64,000 nucleotides of DNA from Gnetum montanum (GCA_015680685.1 MNCI01002010.1:124001-188000); one strand, 5' to 3'. Positions 52,251 through 64,000 are shown, counted from the first letter of the stretch. The notes: generated by a model not told the origin, from the letters alone. Translations and numbers: made by a program.

Positions 52251-55200
52251 CTAGAACCAAAAAGAACCTTTGATCTTCTGAGAGTTTTTACTAATGATCC
52301 AATTGCTCCAATGAGTATTATGCCATCGTTGGTGTGTACCAAGACTAGAGATATTGTGCCTAAAAAGGATCTTCCAAGCTTCATCTCCTTCCATACATCG
52401 AGTCACCCATTTGGAGGCCAAGAGAGTACTCTGGTGCTCAATAGAGGCAAGTCCTAAGCCCCCTTGTTCTTTACTTAAAGTGCAAGTATCCCAAGCTACT
52501 TGATGAAAAGCTTTGTGATCATCCTTATCCCCCCAAAGGAAATTCCTGAGAATGTTGTTAATGCAATGAAAGGAAGATTTGGAAGGAGCCATAAAGAAAG
52601 AGTAATAGACATGAGTGGAGCTCAAAATATGATTAACTACGATAAATCTACCTGCAAGAGATAAGGGTTTAGAAGCCCATTTCAAAGCTTTATGTTTCAC
52701 CTTTTCCACCACATTGTTCCATATGGTAGTGGGAGTAGCAAATAAAGCAATAGGGGTGCCTAAGAGGGTGAAAGGATCAATAGGAGATAGCCACTTGATA
52801 TCAAAGTGATAAGTCCAAGGAGGCATAGGAGAGAAGCTAGATCGAATGGCTTGCGTTTTGTTCCAATTAATCTTAGCTCCTGAGGCTCTATAGTAGATAT
52901 CTATACATTGCAAGGCAGTGTTAAAATTATTATGATCCTTGATCAAAGTGATAAAAGTATCATCTGCAAACTGGCTGTAAACAAGATCATGTCCTTGTTG
53001 TGGAAGAGAGATACCTCCTAGCCGCATAGATTCATTAGAAGATCTAAGAACAGCTCCCAGAGCATCAGCAGCTAGGATGAAAAGATAAGGAGCTAAAGGG
53101 CACCCTTGTCGAACTGATTTTTGAAGCTCAATGACCTTAGAGAAGGATCCGTTAATGCAGATGACTGAAGAGGCCTCTGACAAAACAAGATCAATATGTC
53201 TCTCAAAAGCATTACCTAAGTTGTGGTGTTTGACTATACTTTTTAAAAAGGACCAATCAAGCATGTTGTAAGATTTAGCAAAATCAAGCTTAAGAAGAAT
53301 AGCATTTTGATTAGTGGAAGAAGCCCAGTGCAAGCCCTCAATAGCAGTAACAACATTGTCTAAAATATATCTACCTTGAACAAAACCGGTTTGCTCCTTG
53401 CTTATAAGATGAGTAAGAAAGGGTTTAAGTTTATTAGCTATAGCTTTGGCAATGATTTTATAGATGACATTTAAAAGAATGATAGGGCGCCAATTACTTA
53501 TATTTAGTCGATCTCCTAACTTGGGGAGAAGCTTAATAATACCAGCAGTAATCTGCTTACCAAAGGATCCTTCCCTAAGAGCTTCCTTATATACCCTATA
53601 AACAGTGTCTTGAAGAGTGGGCCAGAATTTCTTAAAAAATTCTGTGGGAAGGCCATCCATACCAGGGGCTTTACCATCGTGGAGTTGTTGAAGAGCATTA
53701 CCAAGATCCTGTTTGGAAAGAAGAGAAGCATCACCAAAGATGGAGCGATTAAAAGGTGTAATAGCTCCTAAACAAGTGTTAACTGCAGTGGGGTCAATCG
53801 CCTCTTTTCGAAAAGTTCGAGAGTAGAACTCAAAGAAGGCCTGAAGAATGTCATCCTTGGAGGTAAAGATATTATCTTCTACTTGAATAGCTGGAATTTT
53901 ATGGGACGGATTCCCCCCTTTGAGGAGACGAAAAAAGCCCTTTGTAGCCTGGTCACCCATGCGAAGCCACGAGAGACAAGCACGGAGGTGAACACCTCTC
54001 GCTTCATAGTGGTCCATTATACGTAGGTTCTCCTTGGCACGTTTCAAACGACTAAAGTGAGCCTCAGTAGCTTCATCTTGATTAATGGTGTTTTGAAGTA
54101 AGGAAATTTCCTCATGAAGGTTGGACTTGTGAGAACTTAGTTGTGAAGCAATCAATTTACCTGCATGTTTGGAAAACCGTTGGAGGCGGGTACAAGCATT
54201 TGTCCACCAATCAATCCAACCGTCATCACCGAGGGGTTTAGGATGCAAATTCCAGATTTGCATCAATAAAGAGCAAAGGGAGTTACTATGAAGAAAGGCA
54301 GTGTTAAAAATATAAAGATCGTTAGAAGAGTATGAGTTCCCAGAGTGGGAAAGAGACCAATGAATAGGATAATGATCTGACAAGACCTGGGAATAATCTG
54401 CTTGGACAGGGGCACCGTTGGTAGAAGTAAAATGAATAAGGGGATTAGTAGATAGATAAACCCTATCCAATCGAGAAGAGATGTAGGAAGCACCAAGTCT
54501 AGCGTTACTCCAAGTAAACCAGTTAGAGGTACTAGAAGAGGAATAGTTTTCATTAGCTTCTTGCAACGTTAATTGACATTTCAACGAGAGCCACTCAGAG
54601 AGCTCCCTGTTGTCTAAACCACCTCTATGTCCTCCTAATTTATCCTTTGGATGCTCAGTCATGTTGAAGTCCCCAGCAATAATCCATTTAGCTGGGGGTA
54701 AATTGTGTCTGAGCCAATTCCACAAGAGCTTCCGATCAGTTGAGTGACAAGGAGCATAAATGGAGACAATCCCTAAGATCTCATTCGCGTACCGTAATCG
54801 AACCCAACTACAATGCCCTAAATTATCACAACCGTGATCAAGAACAGACTCCTGCCACTTATTATGGAGAAAAATTATAGCCCCCCCTTTACCATGTTCA
54901 TGGTGAGTAGAAACATAAGAACTGTTGGGAAAAATGCTCTGGCAGCAAGTTTGAAGATTGAATCCTTGGATTTTAACTTCTTGAAGACAAACAACGTCAA
55001 AGGAATGTCTCTGAATATAATCTCGAACTATATATCTTCTACGAGGGTCTGAGAGACCCCTAACATTCCATGAACAACACTTCATTGGATTCTCATCAGA
55101 TAAAGCTATGCATGTTGCTATGTCTGATTTTGATTGGATTCTCACACCTCCATCTTTGCATGTTTCTATGTCTATTTTTGATTGGATTCTCACAACTCCC

Positions 55201-55301
55201 ATGGCTATGGGTGCCATCAATACTGCCACCATAGTCACCGCCACTGTCAGTTTGCTTCTTCTTTCCATCTTTCTTGACTCCATGGTTTCTGCTCTGCTCA
55301 T
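52251..55301 (-). CDS. Chimeric ORF: lectin signal peptide and N-terminus fused in frame to L1 endonuclease-RT (1016 aa)
   Basis: The first ~70 aa duplicate the lectin start at 51109. The frame continues via ...CIALSD-ENP-MKCCSWNVRGL into ORF2. Expression is unknown. Confidence 0.65.
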   Translation of the reverse strand: MSRAETMESRKMERRSKLTVAVTMVAVLMAPIAMGVVRIQSKIDIETCKDGGVRIQSKSDIATCIALSDENPMKCCSWNVRGLSDPRRRYIVRDYIQRHSFDVVCLQEVKIQGFNLQTCCQSIFPNSSYVSTHHEHGKGGAIIFLHNKWQESVLDHGCDNLGHCSWVRLRYANEILGIVSIYAPCHSTDRKLLWNWLRHNLPPAKWIIAGDFNMTEHPKDKLGGHRGGLDNRELSEWLSLKCQLTLQEANENYSSSSTSNWFTWSNARLGASYISSRLDRVYLSTNPLIHFTSTNGAPVQADYSQVLSDHYPIHWSLSHSGNSYSSNDLYIFNTAFLHSNSLCSLLMQIWNLHPKPLGDDGWIDWWTNACTRLQRFSKHAGKLIASQLSSHKSNLHEEISLLQNTINQDEATEAHFSRLKRAKENLRIMDHYEARGVHLRACLSWLRMGDQATKGFFRLLKGGNPSHKIPAIQVEDNIFTSKDDILQAFFEFYSRTFRKEAIDPTAVNTCLGAITPFNRSIFGDASLLSKQDLGNALQQLHDGKAPGMDGLPTEFFKKFWPTLQDTVYRVYKEALREGSFGKQITAGIIKLLPKLGDRLNISNWRPIILLNVIYKIIAKAIANKLKPFLTHLISKEQTGFVQGRYILDNVVTAIEGLHWASSTNQNAILLKLDFAKSYNMLDWSFLKSIVKHHNLGNAFERHIDLVLSEASSVICINGSFSKVIELQKSVRQGCPLAPYLFILAADALGAVLRSSNESMRLGGISLPQQGHDLVYSQFADDTFITLIKDHNNFNTALQCIDIYYRASGAKINWNKTQAIRSSFSPMPPWTYHFDIKWLSPIDPFTLLGTPIALFATPTTIWNNVVEKVKHKALKWASKPLSLAGRFIVVNHILSSTHVYYSFFMAPSKSSFHCINNILRNFLWGDKDDHKAFHQVAWDTCTLSKEQGGLGLASIEHQSTLLASKWVTRCMEGDEAWKILFRHNISSLGTHQRWHNTHWSNWIISKNSQKIKGSFWF

Positions 55302-55322
55302 GCTTTAATCCCACCTCTTCTG

Positions 55323-55332
55323 GCTATTTATA
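55323..55332 (-). promoter_or_regulatory. TATA box candidate for the lectin/chimeric ORF
   Basis: Minus strand CTATAAATAG, only about 22-30 nt upstream of ATG 55301. At that spacing the start site would fall close to the first ATG, so a downstream Met may be used. Confidence 0.55.
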
Positions 55333-55502
55333 GCCATCGTGGTGGGATTCTTGTGAACGGCACGGGGTCTCATTGTAACTTATAGCGCGGTTTTCGATCT
55401 TGCAATTTTGAAACTAAAAACCTTCTCAGGGTTTAATGCTATTTCTTCTAGGACGGAGCAAGGCGACAAAGTAGCTTAAACAGCGGATGTGAGGCCTATA
55501 TA

Positions 55503-56935
55503 TAGATTTTTGATAATAGCTGGGATTTAGTACAGTGGATATTCATAACCGATTACCTCTTTTCCCAAACAATCATAAAGTTAATCGGTATTTATAAATT
55601 TTTGATTAAGTGGACATCCCAAGCAAGTTTTTTTATTTTTTATTTTTGTTTTTTTCAATAATAAAGTGATCAAGGTAATCATATGGATACTTTGCTTAAT
55701 GGATAATCAGTAAAATTGTGAGTTTCTATGAAAGTGATATGGATGCAATTGTAGATAAGTAATACACGTTCAAGTAGTTAGTTTATTATTTTTTTAGGCA
55801 AAGGAGGTTGCCAAGTCAACCATCTTTAATAAATGAGGTGTTAGCCTAGCTGGAAGACTCTTAATGTGAAAGCTCTAAGTCATGCGTTTGATTCTGGTGA
55901 GCAATGCTAATTTACAAGGTTGTAATTGGGTTATATATTTTGTGGTATAACTATATTAGAATTATTTTTAATTCCAATACCCAAAAAGAAAAGAAGAGTA
56001 TTTTAAGCCAAGGCTCCAAAGTACAATAGATGAGCAAAATCCTAATCTCTTTTCAAAGTAAAATCCTAACCTCTTTTTAAATAGTTGCACTTAGGCTCGA
56101 ACACAAGCTTTACAACCTAAAATAAACACATTACCATCATTTAAAATAATGTTCACATATGAAACTAAAATAAAAATAGACTTTTGATAATAGCTGGGAT
56201 TTAGCACAGTGGATATTCACAACTGATTACCTCTTTGCCCAAACAATCATAAAGTTAATTGGTATTTATAGATTTTTGATTATGTGATTCGAGATCCGAA
56301 ACCAATTACCTCTTTACCTAAAAATGAATGGAAATGACGTACTTAATTGTTTTTTGTTTTTTCTAATAGTAAAGTGATCAAGGTAATCATATGCTTGATA
56401 TGGATACTTCGCTTAATGGATAATTAGTAAAATTGTGAGTTTCTATGCAAGTGATATGGATGCAATTGTAGATAAGTACTATAGGTTGAAGTAGTTAGTT
56501 CATTATTTTTTTTAGGCAAAATAGGTTGCCAAGATAAGTTAACCATCTTTAATCATTCTTAGAAAATTAAAAAGAAAGCTATAATCAATGGGGTGTTAGC
56601 CTAGCTGAAAGACTCTTGATGTGAAAGCTCCAAGTAATGGGTTTGCTTCGGGTGAGCAATGCTAATTTATAAAGTTCTAATTGGGTTATATATTTTGGGG
56701 TATAACTATATTATAATTATTTTTAATTCAAACACCTAAAAAGAAAAGAAGAGTATTTTAAGCCAACTCTCCAAAGTACCATAGATGAGCAAAATCATAA
56801 TTTCTTTTCAAAGTAAAATCCTAACCTCTTTTCAAATAGTTGCACTTAAGCTCAAACACAAGCTTTACAACCTAAAATAAACACATTACCATAATTTCAA
56901 ATAATATTCACATAGGAAACTAAAATAAAAATACA
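55503..56935. repeat. Tandem duplication of about 675-760 bp upstream of the lectin/LINE locus
   Basis: TAGA.TTTTGATAATAGCTGGGATTTAG at 55503 and 56177. Both units end GAAACTAAAATAAAAATA. Confidence 0.92.
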
Positions 56936-58399
56936 TCAAAAACTTTAGTATACCTCTAAGTCTTTGGAAACTAGTAATTCCATACTAAACTCTTTTTCCA
57001 TTGGTGTTGCACTTAAAACTATTTGGAGAGGGAGTGTTGGAATTCTAAAGAATGACTAGAGGTACACCTAAAGATGTATATCCCACATATAATGAACACA
57101 ATAGTTTGGTAAAGTTCTTTATAGGAAAAACTAAATGGGTGTGGGGGTAACATAAAATAATTTAACACTAAGAATTATAATGATGTGACAAGTGTGACTT
57201 GAATTGAAAACCTTTTTCCTAACAAGATAATGAATTAACCACTTTAGCCATCTATCACTAAAGGCTATTTATAAGAAAAATAATTAGATTCAATTCTAAC
57301 TAAACCATACCTTTGATAAAACTTGGTTTAAACATGAAGCTATCTCATGTGTAACTTAAACTTATAACCTCTTGTCTACATGATACTTATAAGATAACTA
57401 TTGTACCTACTTTTATTCATTTTGAATCAAAACTAAGCATAACTATATTTTATGGGTATTCAACACAAAGCCATCTCCAACCTAGAAGTGAGGTCTCATG
57501 TCATCTGCAACATCATTTTTTACTCTATCCATGGTTTTCAATTTTGACATCTAATGTCAAATCTTGTGTCAATCTTGACTTCAAATCTTTTGTACATCTA
57601 CTTTTTCAAATCTTTTGCACATCTACTTTTGCAATATGCAGTGTCATTTTATTTGTTGACATCTCATGTTAATCATACTTTTGATATTTCATTTCCTCGC
57701 GTGTTGGATCTTGAGCACCAGATTCATCACAGCACCGCAACGGCCAGGCTGTTGCAGCCATAGCCGCCCACATCTGCCCGTTTGGGCATTAAATCTTCGA
57801 TCGGCATAGCGTTTCTGGATGATGATCATCTTATTATCTTCCAAATGCATTGTTAAGGCACTTTACAGTAGATTCTCCATCCATGGTTTTTAGATGAAAT
57901 ATTATTCAAGGATTGGTGGAATGATTTCTGATTCCTCTTCGCGTGCATAGTAACAAAGATCCGTTTAAGCAGAAACGGCAGCCGGATTTTCGTGCCGATG
58001 CATTATCATGATGATGTGATTTGTACCAGTCCTAATTTTTAAAAGCAAAGTAAGCATTAGGGTCCAGAAAAATTTTGTCAAAAACTCGCAGCGGGATAAT
58101 AAACATGGATCTGGATTTTCTGAATTTCGCACCACATCTGCTTTACTCCACTAGATTTTTCTTGGAAAATCGGCATCCAAAAATACAATCCAGATCTGAA
58201 TCAGGTGTGGTGGTTGGGCATCTCTATGTTGCCCCTGTGAAGAGGTTGTGCCTGTTGCGTAGGCAGTGGAGTCGCAATGGCATTAGATTCTGCTCTTCTT
58301 CAGGGAAGTTCCTCTACCTCATCTCAAATTGATTTCCTTTAAATGATGATATTTTTGAAGCAGTTTCCAATGATTTTGCAACTCATTTTATTTTTTTTC

Positions 58400-60110
58400 A
58401 AATTGTGGGATTTTTACCGAGGTCCCCAAGTATCAAGACTCAACTTCAAAGCCTCCTTCTACCCCACGTCATTCAGGTTTCTTATGCATGATACTATGCT
58501 CGAAATTTTATTTTTGTGGAACTATGGGATGCCTCTCAGGTTGAGAAGGCTCTCTCTTTAAAAAATTTTCCAACACATAATGCAACCCTAATAGCCTGTT
58601 CCTGGAACTTTTAATATAATTCCCTATTACGTGGAATTGCCCAATCTTCCACTTATTTTCTCATATGTTGAGAGGGACATTGTGAGCATCCTAGGCCCTA
58701 TTATTTTGATCACTGTATGGCGATCAATGAACTCAAATTCATCGTTATTGTATTGAATTGGACATAGCTCTTCGAAAGACCTCATTAACCCTCATTTCTA
58801 ATGGAAAAATCTTCATTCAAAAAGTGGACTATTTTTACCTTTCAAACTCATGTAGCTATTGTCATAGGGTCAAGCATCATATTTCAGCGTGTCCCATACT
58901 AGCCAGGAAGAAACTATCTGTAGCATCTTAGAACACCTGTTCCCCAGTCACTCCATTACGCCCATCCTTAGTATCCTTTAAATTTCGATCTCCTGCCCCA
59001 ACAGCTCCACAAACCTCCTCTCAGTCTTGCCTCTCCAAGCTACATAAACAACAATCAAGTAATCACACCTTCACCCATGTCATCCCCTCAAAGGTTTCCA
59101 AGGACTCAGTTTCGGTGGATGAGTTCGTGGTGAGGAGTGGAAGGAAATGAGTTAGAGCTTCTTTTGGTTCTACTCCTCCCTCCAGCTCCTCTTCATTGAA
59201 CACTTCCATGGCCGCTATTTCCACGAACAACTCCTTTGCTCTCTTGTTAGGAACAATGGAAGTTGATAATTTGACTTCTAAATTTTTTGTTGACATCTCA
59301 TCCAAACTTCATCCTGTCTTTACATAACCCTCCTTTCATGAAACGTTGGAGGCCTTACTGGTAGGCTTCGTCATAAATGACTACGTAACTTTATTTCTAG
59401 TCTTAATACAGCCTTTGATTTTGTTCTCCTTCAAGAAATTAAGGTATCATATGATCTTTTATTCTTTTCTGCCCATTGTTTTCTTCCTCACTCCTCAATC
59501 TTAGCGATGTCCCATATGAGTGGGAAAGGAGGCGCAGCCATTCTCCTCTCACGTTACTAGAAAACTAAAATCCTTCAAAGTGGTTTTGATTCAGGGCATA
59601 GTGTTTCTCGGGCCACCTTCTCCTCCTTGCATGGCCATTTTGGCATTTGTTTGATATATGCCCCAAATGATTCCACAGAACGGGCTCTCCTCTGGCAAGA
59701 ACTTGTAGACGCTCTTCCCCCTGGGCCTTGGATAATCGGAGGAGATTTTAATATGGTCAAATTTCCTCAAGATAAGCTTGGGGGGGGGGGGGTTTTTTCA
59801 ATTTCCTAATCTCAAGTATCAGACCTAGTCAACTTTTAAGAAAAGTTTTTACCTTTTTGATGGGGTGGACACCTCTGTGAGTACTCCCCTTCACAGATTT
59901 ACTTGGAGCAATCTCCATCTTGGGCTGGCTCGCATCTACAGTAGGTTAGCTAGGTTCTATTTATCCACCCTTTCCTTCAGGCAAGCCTTCTCTACTACTA
60001 TGGTTCATCAAAATTCCACCTTATCAAACCATCTTCCTATCTCCATATCTATCAAGATTCATGGCAGCCCTCATCGACAAAAATTCCATCTTTTCTTACT
60101 ACACACCAAC
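58400..60110 (+). mobile_element. Degenerate L1 LINE (ORF1 zinc knuckle and endonuclease) cut by an LTR insertion
   Basis: CSYCHRVKHHISAC (CX2CX4HX4C, about 58850-58893). S*NVGGL, LQEIK, GKGGAAI, IYAP...WIIGGDFN, FTWSN...SRL.RFY, LSNH. Related to the L1 at 55085. Confidence 0.85.
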
Positions 60111-61455
60111 TGTAATGATAACGTTCACGTAATGAGAAAGATCAGATCCAAGGAATATGCGTAATTCCAAGATCTAATACTTAATTTAAAAGCTAATTAT
60201 ATTGAAAATAATATTCTAGTGGTGGATTTTGTTTATCTTCGTGTGAGATATGCACGGAACAACAGGAAAACTGTAGAAAAGGAAGAACAGAATGGAGGTT
60301 GATCTACGTCATAAACCAAGGGTGGAATGCAAGGAATGTCAAGCTGAGGAGTTTGTTGATCAACTATTTCTAATCAATAAACCCTGTTAATCACCTCTAG
60401 TGATGTTTCAACTACTGATGTACTCAATTTCTTCTCAAAGCTACTAACAATCGTTGGTGAAAAGGATGATCTTTCCGCCAAGAAGACTAGTTGCTCTTGC
60501 TGCCGATGCTCAGATAATGCCTTATGCTCTATGTTTAAGAAAAAGGAAAAGTCCTTCTATTTGAAAAAGTGAAAAGGCCCTCTGTTTCGTTTGTCAACTC
60601 GAGTATTTATAAGTTCAATAAGCATAGTCTCAAGGACACGTGTCTCGAACTTTCAAACACCATTGACTTGAGTTGTTAAACTGGAGATGTCATATTTCGC
60701 TTTGAGGGCGAGATGTGTTGTAAACCACTTTTGTTGAAACTACCTTATGGTTACGCTGTGGTGCCTTGACACGTATTGTCACATGTGAATGACAAGTGTG
60801 CGTTTGGCACTGCTTTGGCTAACCTTGTACAACATTACGCTCGTTTATGCTTCATCGTGTAGCAAAGTGAAATGAGCAAAGTCAGTATGCATTACGCTTA
60901 TTGACACTACGAAGCGTCATAGAGCATAAGAATGGTTAGCTTTTACCGTGTTATGCTTTCTTATGCTCTAGAGCGTAACAAAGCGTAAGGCGACCAGTGC
61001 TTCTTTTAAAGTTGAGTTGGGACCTTTTACAACTCATTACGCTGCTTTGCGTAATTGAGCGTAAATACAACTCTGATCAAAAGACTTGACAAAATGTGTG
61101 ACAAGTCATAGATCGCTGTTTAGGCTTTAGACTTGTCATGTCAGCTACCGCTTGAACTTCTGCTGATTTCATTCCTTCAGTAAGTTGCCTTTGTTGCTTC
61201 ATGTAAGCACTACGCTGAGCATCGTGATGTTGTACTGCATAATGTAGAGTGAGAAGTATGTTGAGCCTCATGATGCTACATTGCGTAATATAGCGTAAAC
61301 ATGAGCAACAAAGTTAGAAAATTTCTAAGAAATTTGGGAACTTGCTGTTGCATGGTTTTTTTATGTTATTCTATCTTCTGAATTTCTGCCATGCACCCTT
61401 TGCCTGAATCATGAGTCTTCGCCTGAAGCCGATCCACAATTTTCACAGTGTTTTA
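60111..61455 (-). repeat. 3' LTR of the second element (about 1345 bp)
   Basis: Minus strand starts TAAAACACTGTGAAAATTG (compare TGAAACACCGTGAAAATTG at 2341) and ends TATCATTACA. Shares GCATCGGCAGCAAGAGCAA with the first element's LTR. Confidence 0.85.
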
Positions 61456-61457
61456 AT

Positions 61458-61468
61458 GGCCCCTCTTT
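61458..61468 (-). promoter_or_regulatory. Polypurine tract
   Basis: AAAGAGGGGCC on the minus strand, just before the LTR. Confidence 0.8.
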
Positions 61469-62629
61469 GTTGACGTTTAGAGGGCTTGCCTGAAAGACGT
61501 TGACAAAGAATACGAAACACCGGATTGGTAGAAGTATCAACGATGTACGTCAAATTTTGCTCAGGTGTTACCTTGTCAATCTTAGAAGTGCAGGAGTAGG
61601 AAAAATAGGAGATGGAGTAGTAGAAGAGGTATTTGTGCAGACACAAAAGGAGAGAGGTTCGGGCAAGGTTCAAGGGAGTGCATGTAGATTTTCACGAGTG
61701 ACATGTGAGGCATTCTCCTGTGATTGTGTTTGCATGGAGTTATGCCATCATTGTGTAAACAAGAGGGGTTGCATGGGTGAGTTGTGTTACACTTGCACAG
61801 CCTGGATGGGTTTTTTTACATCCATTTTGCCGAAACCCCAAATTTTTTTTTTGCTTTGTTAGGTGAGGTGCGTTACGCTAGTTCATGGGCTTGACTATAA
61901 TACAGATGTGAAGTGCTTAGATTGCGTATGCACATTTTGCATGAGGAGAGTGGATGAAATGGCTAAACAAGGGAGAGATATGAACAAAATGTTGGATTAT
62001 AAGGGAAACTAGAATTGCACTTTTCGATAGATAGGGTGACCTGAGCAGCCATCTTAGAATGTCGTTGCTACCTTGCCATTTTGGTGAACGTACCTCGAAT
62101 GACACTCCCATAACAAGTAACCTGCAAATGTAAAAGCAAATAGAGGATACCATTGCTTAGCTTCGTTGTTGAGGAGGTTGTAGAAACAAGCATCCTCCAA
62201 GGTGAGAAGGAAAGAGTGAGCCATTGTTGAGTAACCGTAGCAAGATGCTAGAGTCCCAGCTTTGATGCTCGGCCCCATAAGCTACCATGAAGAATCAGAC
62301 CTATTGTGCCTAGTTGTTTATGCAAGGATCCTGCTAGGTGAATCTGTGAAGCTAGGGTCTGATAGTGATGATGCACAACAACTTGATAGATCGAGGTGCA
62401 TGGAGATCCTGTCGAGGCTCCGGACGACGAAGATCGATCTCTCAGAGGTACTACCACTGAAATGGCTACAGTGACAACAGCTCCGAGGAATCAGTGGAAT
62501 GTGTTCTGGCATATCCAAGGAATCAAAAGAATTCCTATGAGGTGGTGGTGCTAGGAATGTCTCAACACTACACCTTTTCTATTTTGCAACCGGACAATGA
62601 TACACATGTTGTGCTGGTGGTCTACAAGT

Positions 62630-63290
62630 TCTAGTTTTAAGTCCTGGTAGACTGTTCTTGTTAGTTTTAAGTCCTAGCAGACCATGGTCCCCATTTAAAG
62701 TCTGGGCGGACAGAAAGATGCTAGTTTTATGTCATAGCAGACGGTGGTAGAGCTAATTTATGGTCTCATCAGACCGTGTTGTGGATGTTAGTTTTACGTC
62801 ATGACCTAGGGACACGTCTATGCTAGTTTTATGTCTTAGCAAGTGGATGCTTACCTTTGCCAATTTTATGTCATGGCGGATAGTCTATGCTAGTTTAGCA
62901 TCATGGCGGACACGTGGAAGAGACGCCATTTTTATGTATTGGTGGACCTGTACAACAACGCTAATCGTACGTCGGAACAGACAATGGAGACTTGCCAATT
63001 TTAAGTCGTGGTAGATGATTAGTACTAGTTTAGCATCATGGCAGACGTGTGCAAGAAGTGTCAGTTTAGCATTGTAGCAGACGGTCGTTGCCAGTTTAGT
63101 GTCGTAGTGGACGCATGCAGAGAATGCCATTTTTACGTAGTAGCGGACCTGTGCAACATGGCCAATTTTACATCATGGTAGACTTTTGTACATTTTCCAG
63201 TTTAGCATCGTAGCGGATGATGAGCAAGCTTGCCAGTTTAGCGTCATAGCAGACATTGGTGAAACTTGCTAGTTTAGCATCGTAGAAGAT
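62630..63290 (-). repeat. ~39-bp tandem repeat in the second element's 3' UTR
   Basis: Recurrent CCAGTTTAGCATCGTAGCAGAC-like units on the plus strand, homologous to 15855-16290. Confidence 0.85.
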
Positions 63291-63324
63291 GATTGTATAC
63301 CTGGGATTAGTATGAAATGCATGA

Positions 63325-64000
63325 CTAGATGTAATACCTTTTTAGATATATGTGGTTCACAGGATTTGCCAATTCATTGCTATCGATGTCTGGCAGCTTG
63401 AACACATCGCTTCCATACACGTTGACTACAAAGAAAGGGCCCTTCCAGTTTGCAAAGAATTTGCCCACTGGTTCATGAATGGCCTTGAGAACTATGTCTC
63501 CTTTCTTGATCGGACACTGCTGAATATTATGGTGGTGTTTTTTCCTCTATTTATCTTGATACTTTTCAATGGTATCAAGTGTCTATATTCTCTTCTCTTC
63601 TACTGAATCCAAATCCATGATCCGAGACTCGATGTGATGAGCCTCATTTATAATTGTGGAGAGGACCATTCACAGAGAAGGGATTTGTAGTTCGAGAGGT
63701 AGTACTGCTTCAGATCCATAGACTAGGTTGTAGGGCGTATAATCCGTAGATGTTCTAGATGTGGTACGGTACACCCATAGCACATAGAGGATCTTCTCAT
63801 GCCACCGTATCTTGTTACTGCTGAGCATTTTTTAAGCAGATTGATAATGACTTTGTTCATTGCTTTAGCTTGACCATTTGCTTGCGAGTAGTAAGGTGAG
63901 GAAAAAGACTATTTAATACCAAGGCTATCGCAAAATGATTTGGTTTCGACACTACTAAATTGTGGCTCGTTTTTAGTGACAATAGTAATTGGGAGACCAA
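63325..64000 (-). pseudogene. pol: Integrase core and C-terminus of the second Tat element
   Basis: GLPITIVTKNEPQFSS...FSSPYYSQANGQAKAMNKVII...TPYNLVYGSEAVLPLEL...WKGPF. Stop at 63327-63325. Confidence 0.93.

Larger units (their letters stand above)
51110..55085 (-). mobile_element. Young 5'-truncated L1-type LINE (ORF2 and 3' UTR; ORF1 absent)
   Basis: ORF2 runs from ATG 55085 to stop 51285 in one frame, with a single internal TAG (52253-52251). Endonuclease SWNVRGL/LQE/GDFN/RLDR/SDH, RT QGCPLAP/FADD, C-terminal CPIC...H.FWDC. Confidence 0.95.
60111..64000 (-). mobile_element. 3' end of a second, related Tat-type LTR retrotransposon that continues beyond the window
   Basis: Integrase C-terminus homologous to about 15165-15840, a 3' UTR repeat array, a PPT and an LTR. 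Confidence 0.92.

Noticed and set aside
51110-55150. Splicing from the upstream lectin exon to restore one continuous lectin protein
   Set aside because: The phase-compatible join at the 51135 acceptor meets an in-frame TAA before the second ATG.

Overview
Repeat-rich, CG/CHG-depleted land-plant nuclear DNA made almost entirely of nested transposon relics plus one host lectin locus. The main object is a degenerate Ty3/gypsy Tat-type LTR retrotransposon (2341-17251) with a 5-bp target-site duplication, a tRNA-Asn primer-binding site and the domain order gag-PR-RT-RH-aRH-INT. Its gag-pol frame is split by an apparent 5.1-kb intron (7263-12346). Inside that intron, on the opposite strand, I reconstructed by hand an 8-exon gene (11933-7869, about 1085 codons, all GT-AG junctions phase-compatible, no frameshifts, only nonsense substitutions). 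It encodes a basic N-terminus, an FCP1/NIF-like HAD phosphatase domain with degenerate catalytic motifs, a PMD/Transposase_32-like domain and a predicted coiled coil. This looks like a captured, spliced accessory gene carried by a retrotransposon and is the best candidate for an undescribed system. The second notable locus is an EUL/ricin-B-like lectin gene with a signal peptide (50591-51109, minus). A duplicate of its promoter-proximal 5' end is fused in frame to a nearly intact L1 ORF2, giving a 1016-aa ORF. The rest is copia, LINE and LTR relics, tandem arrays, and the 3' end of a second, related Tat element inserted into a LINE. All domain assignments are by-eye motif recognition, not database searches.
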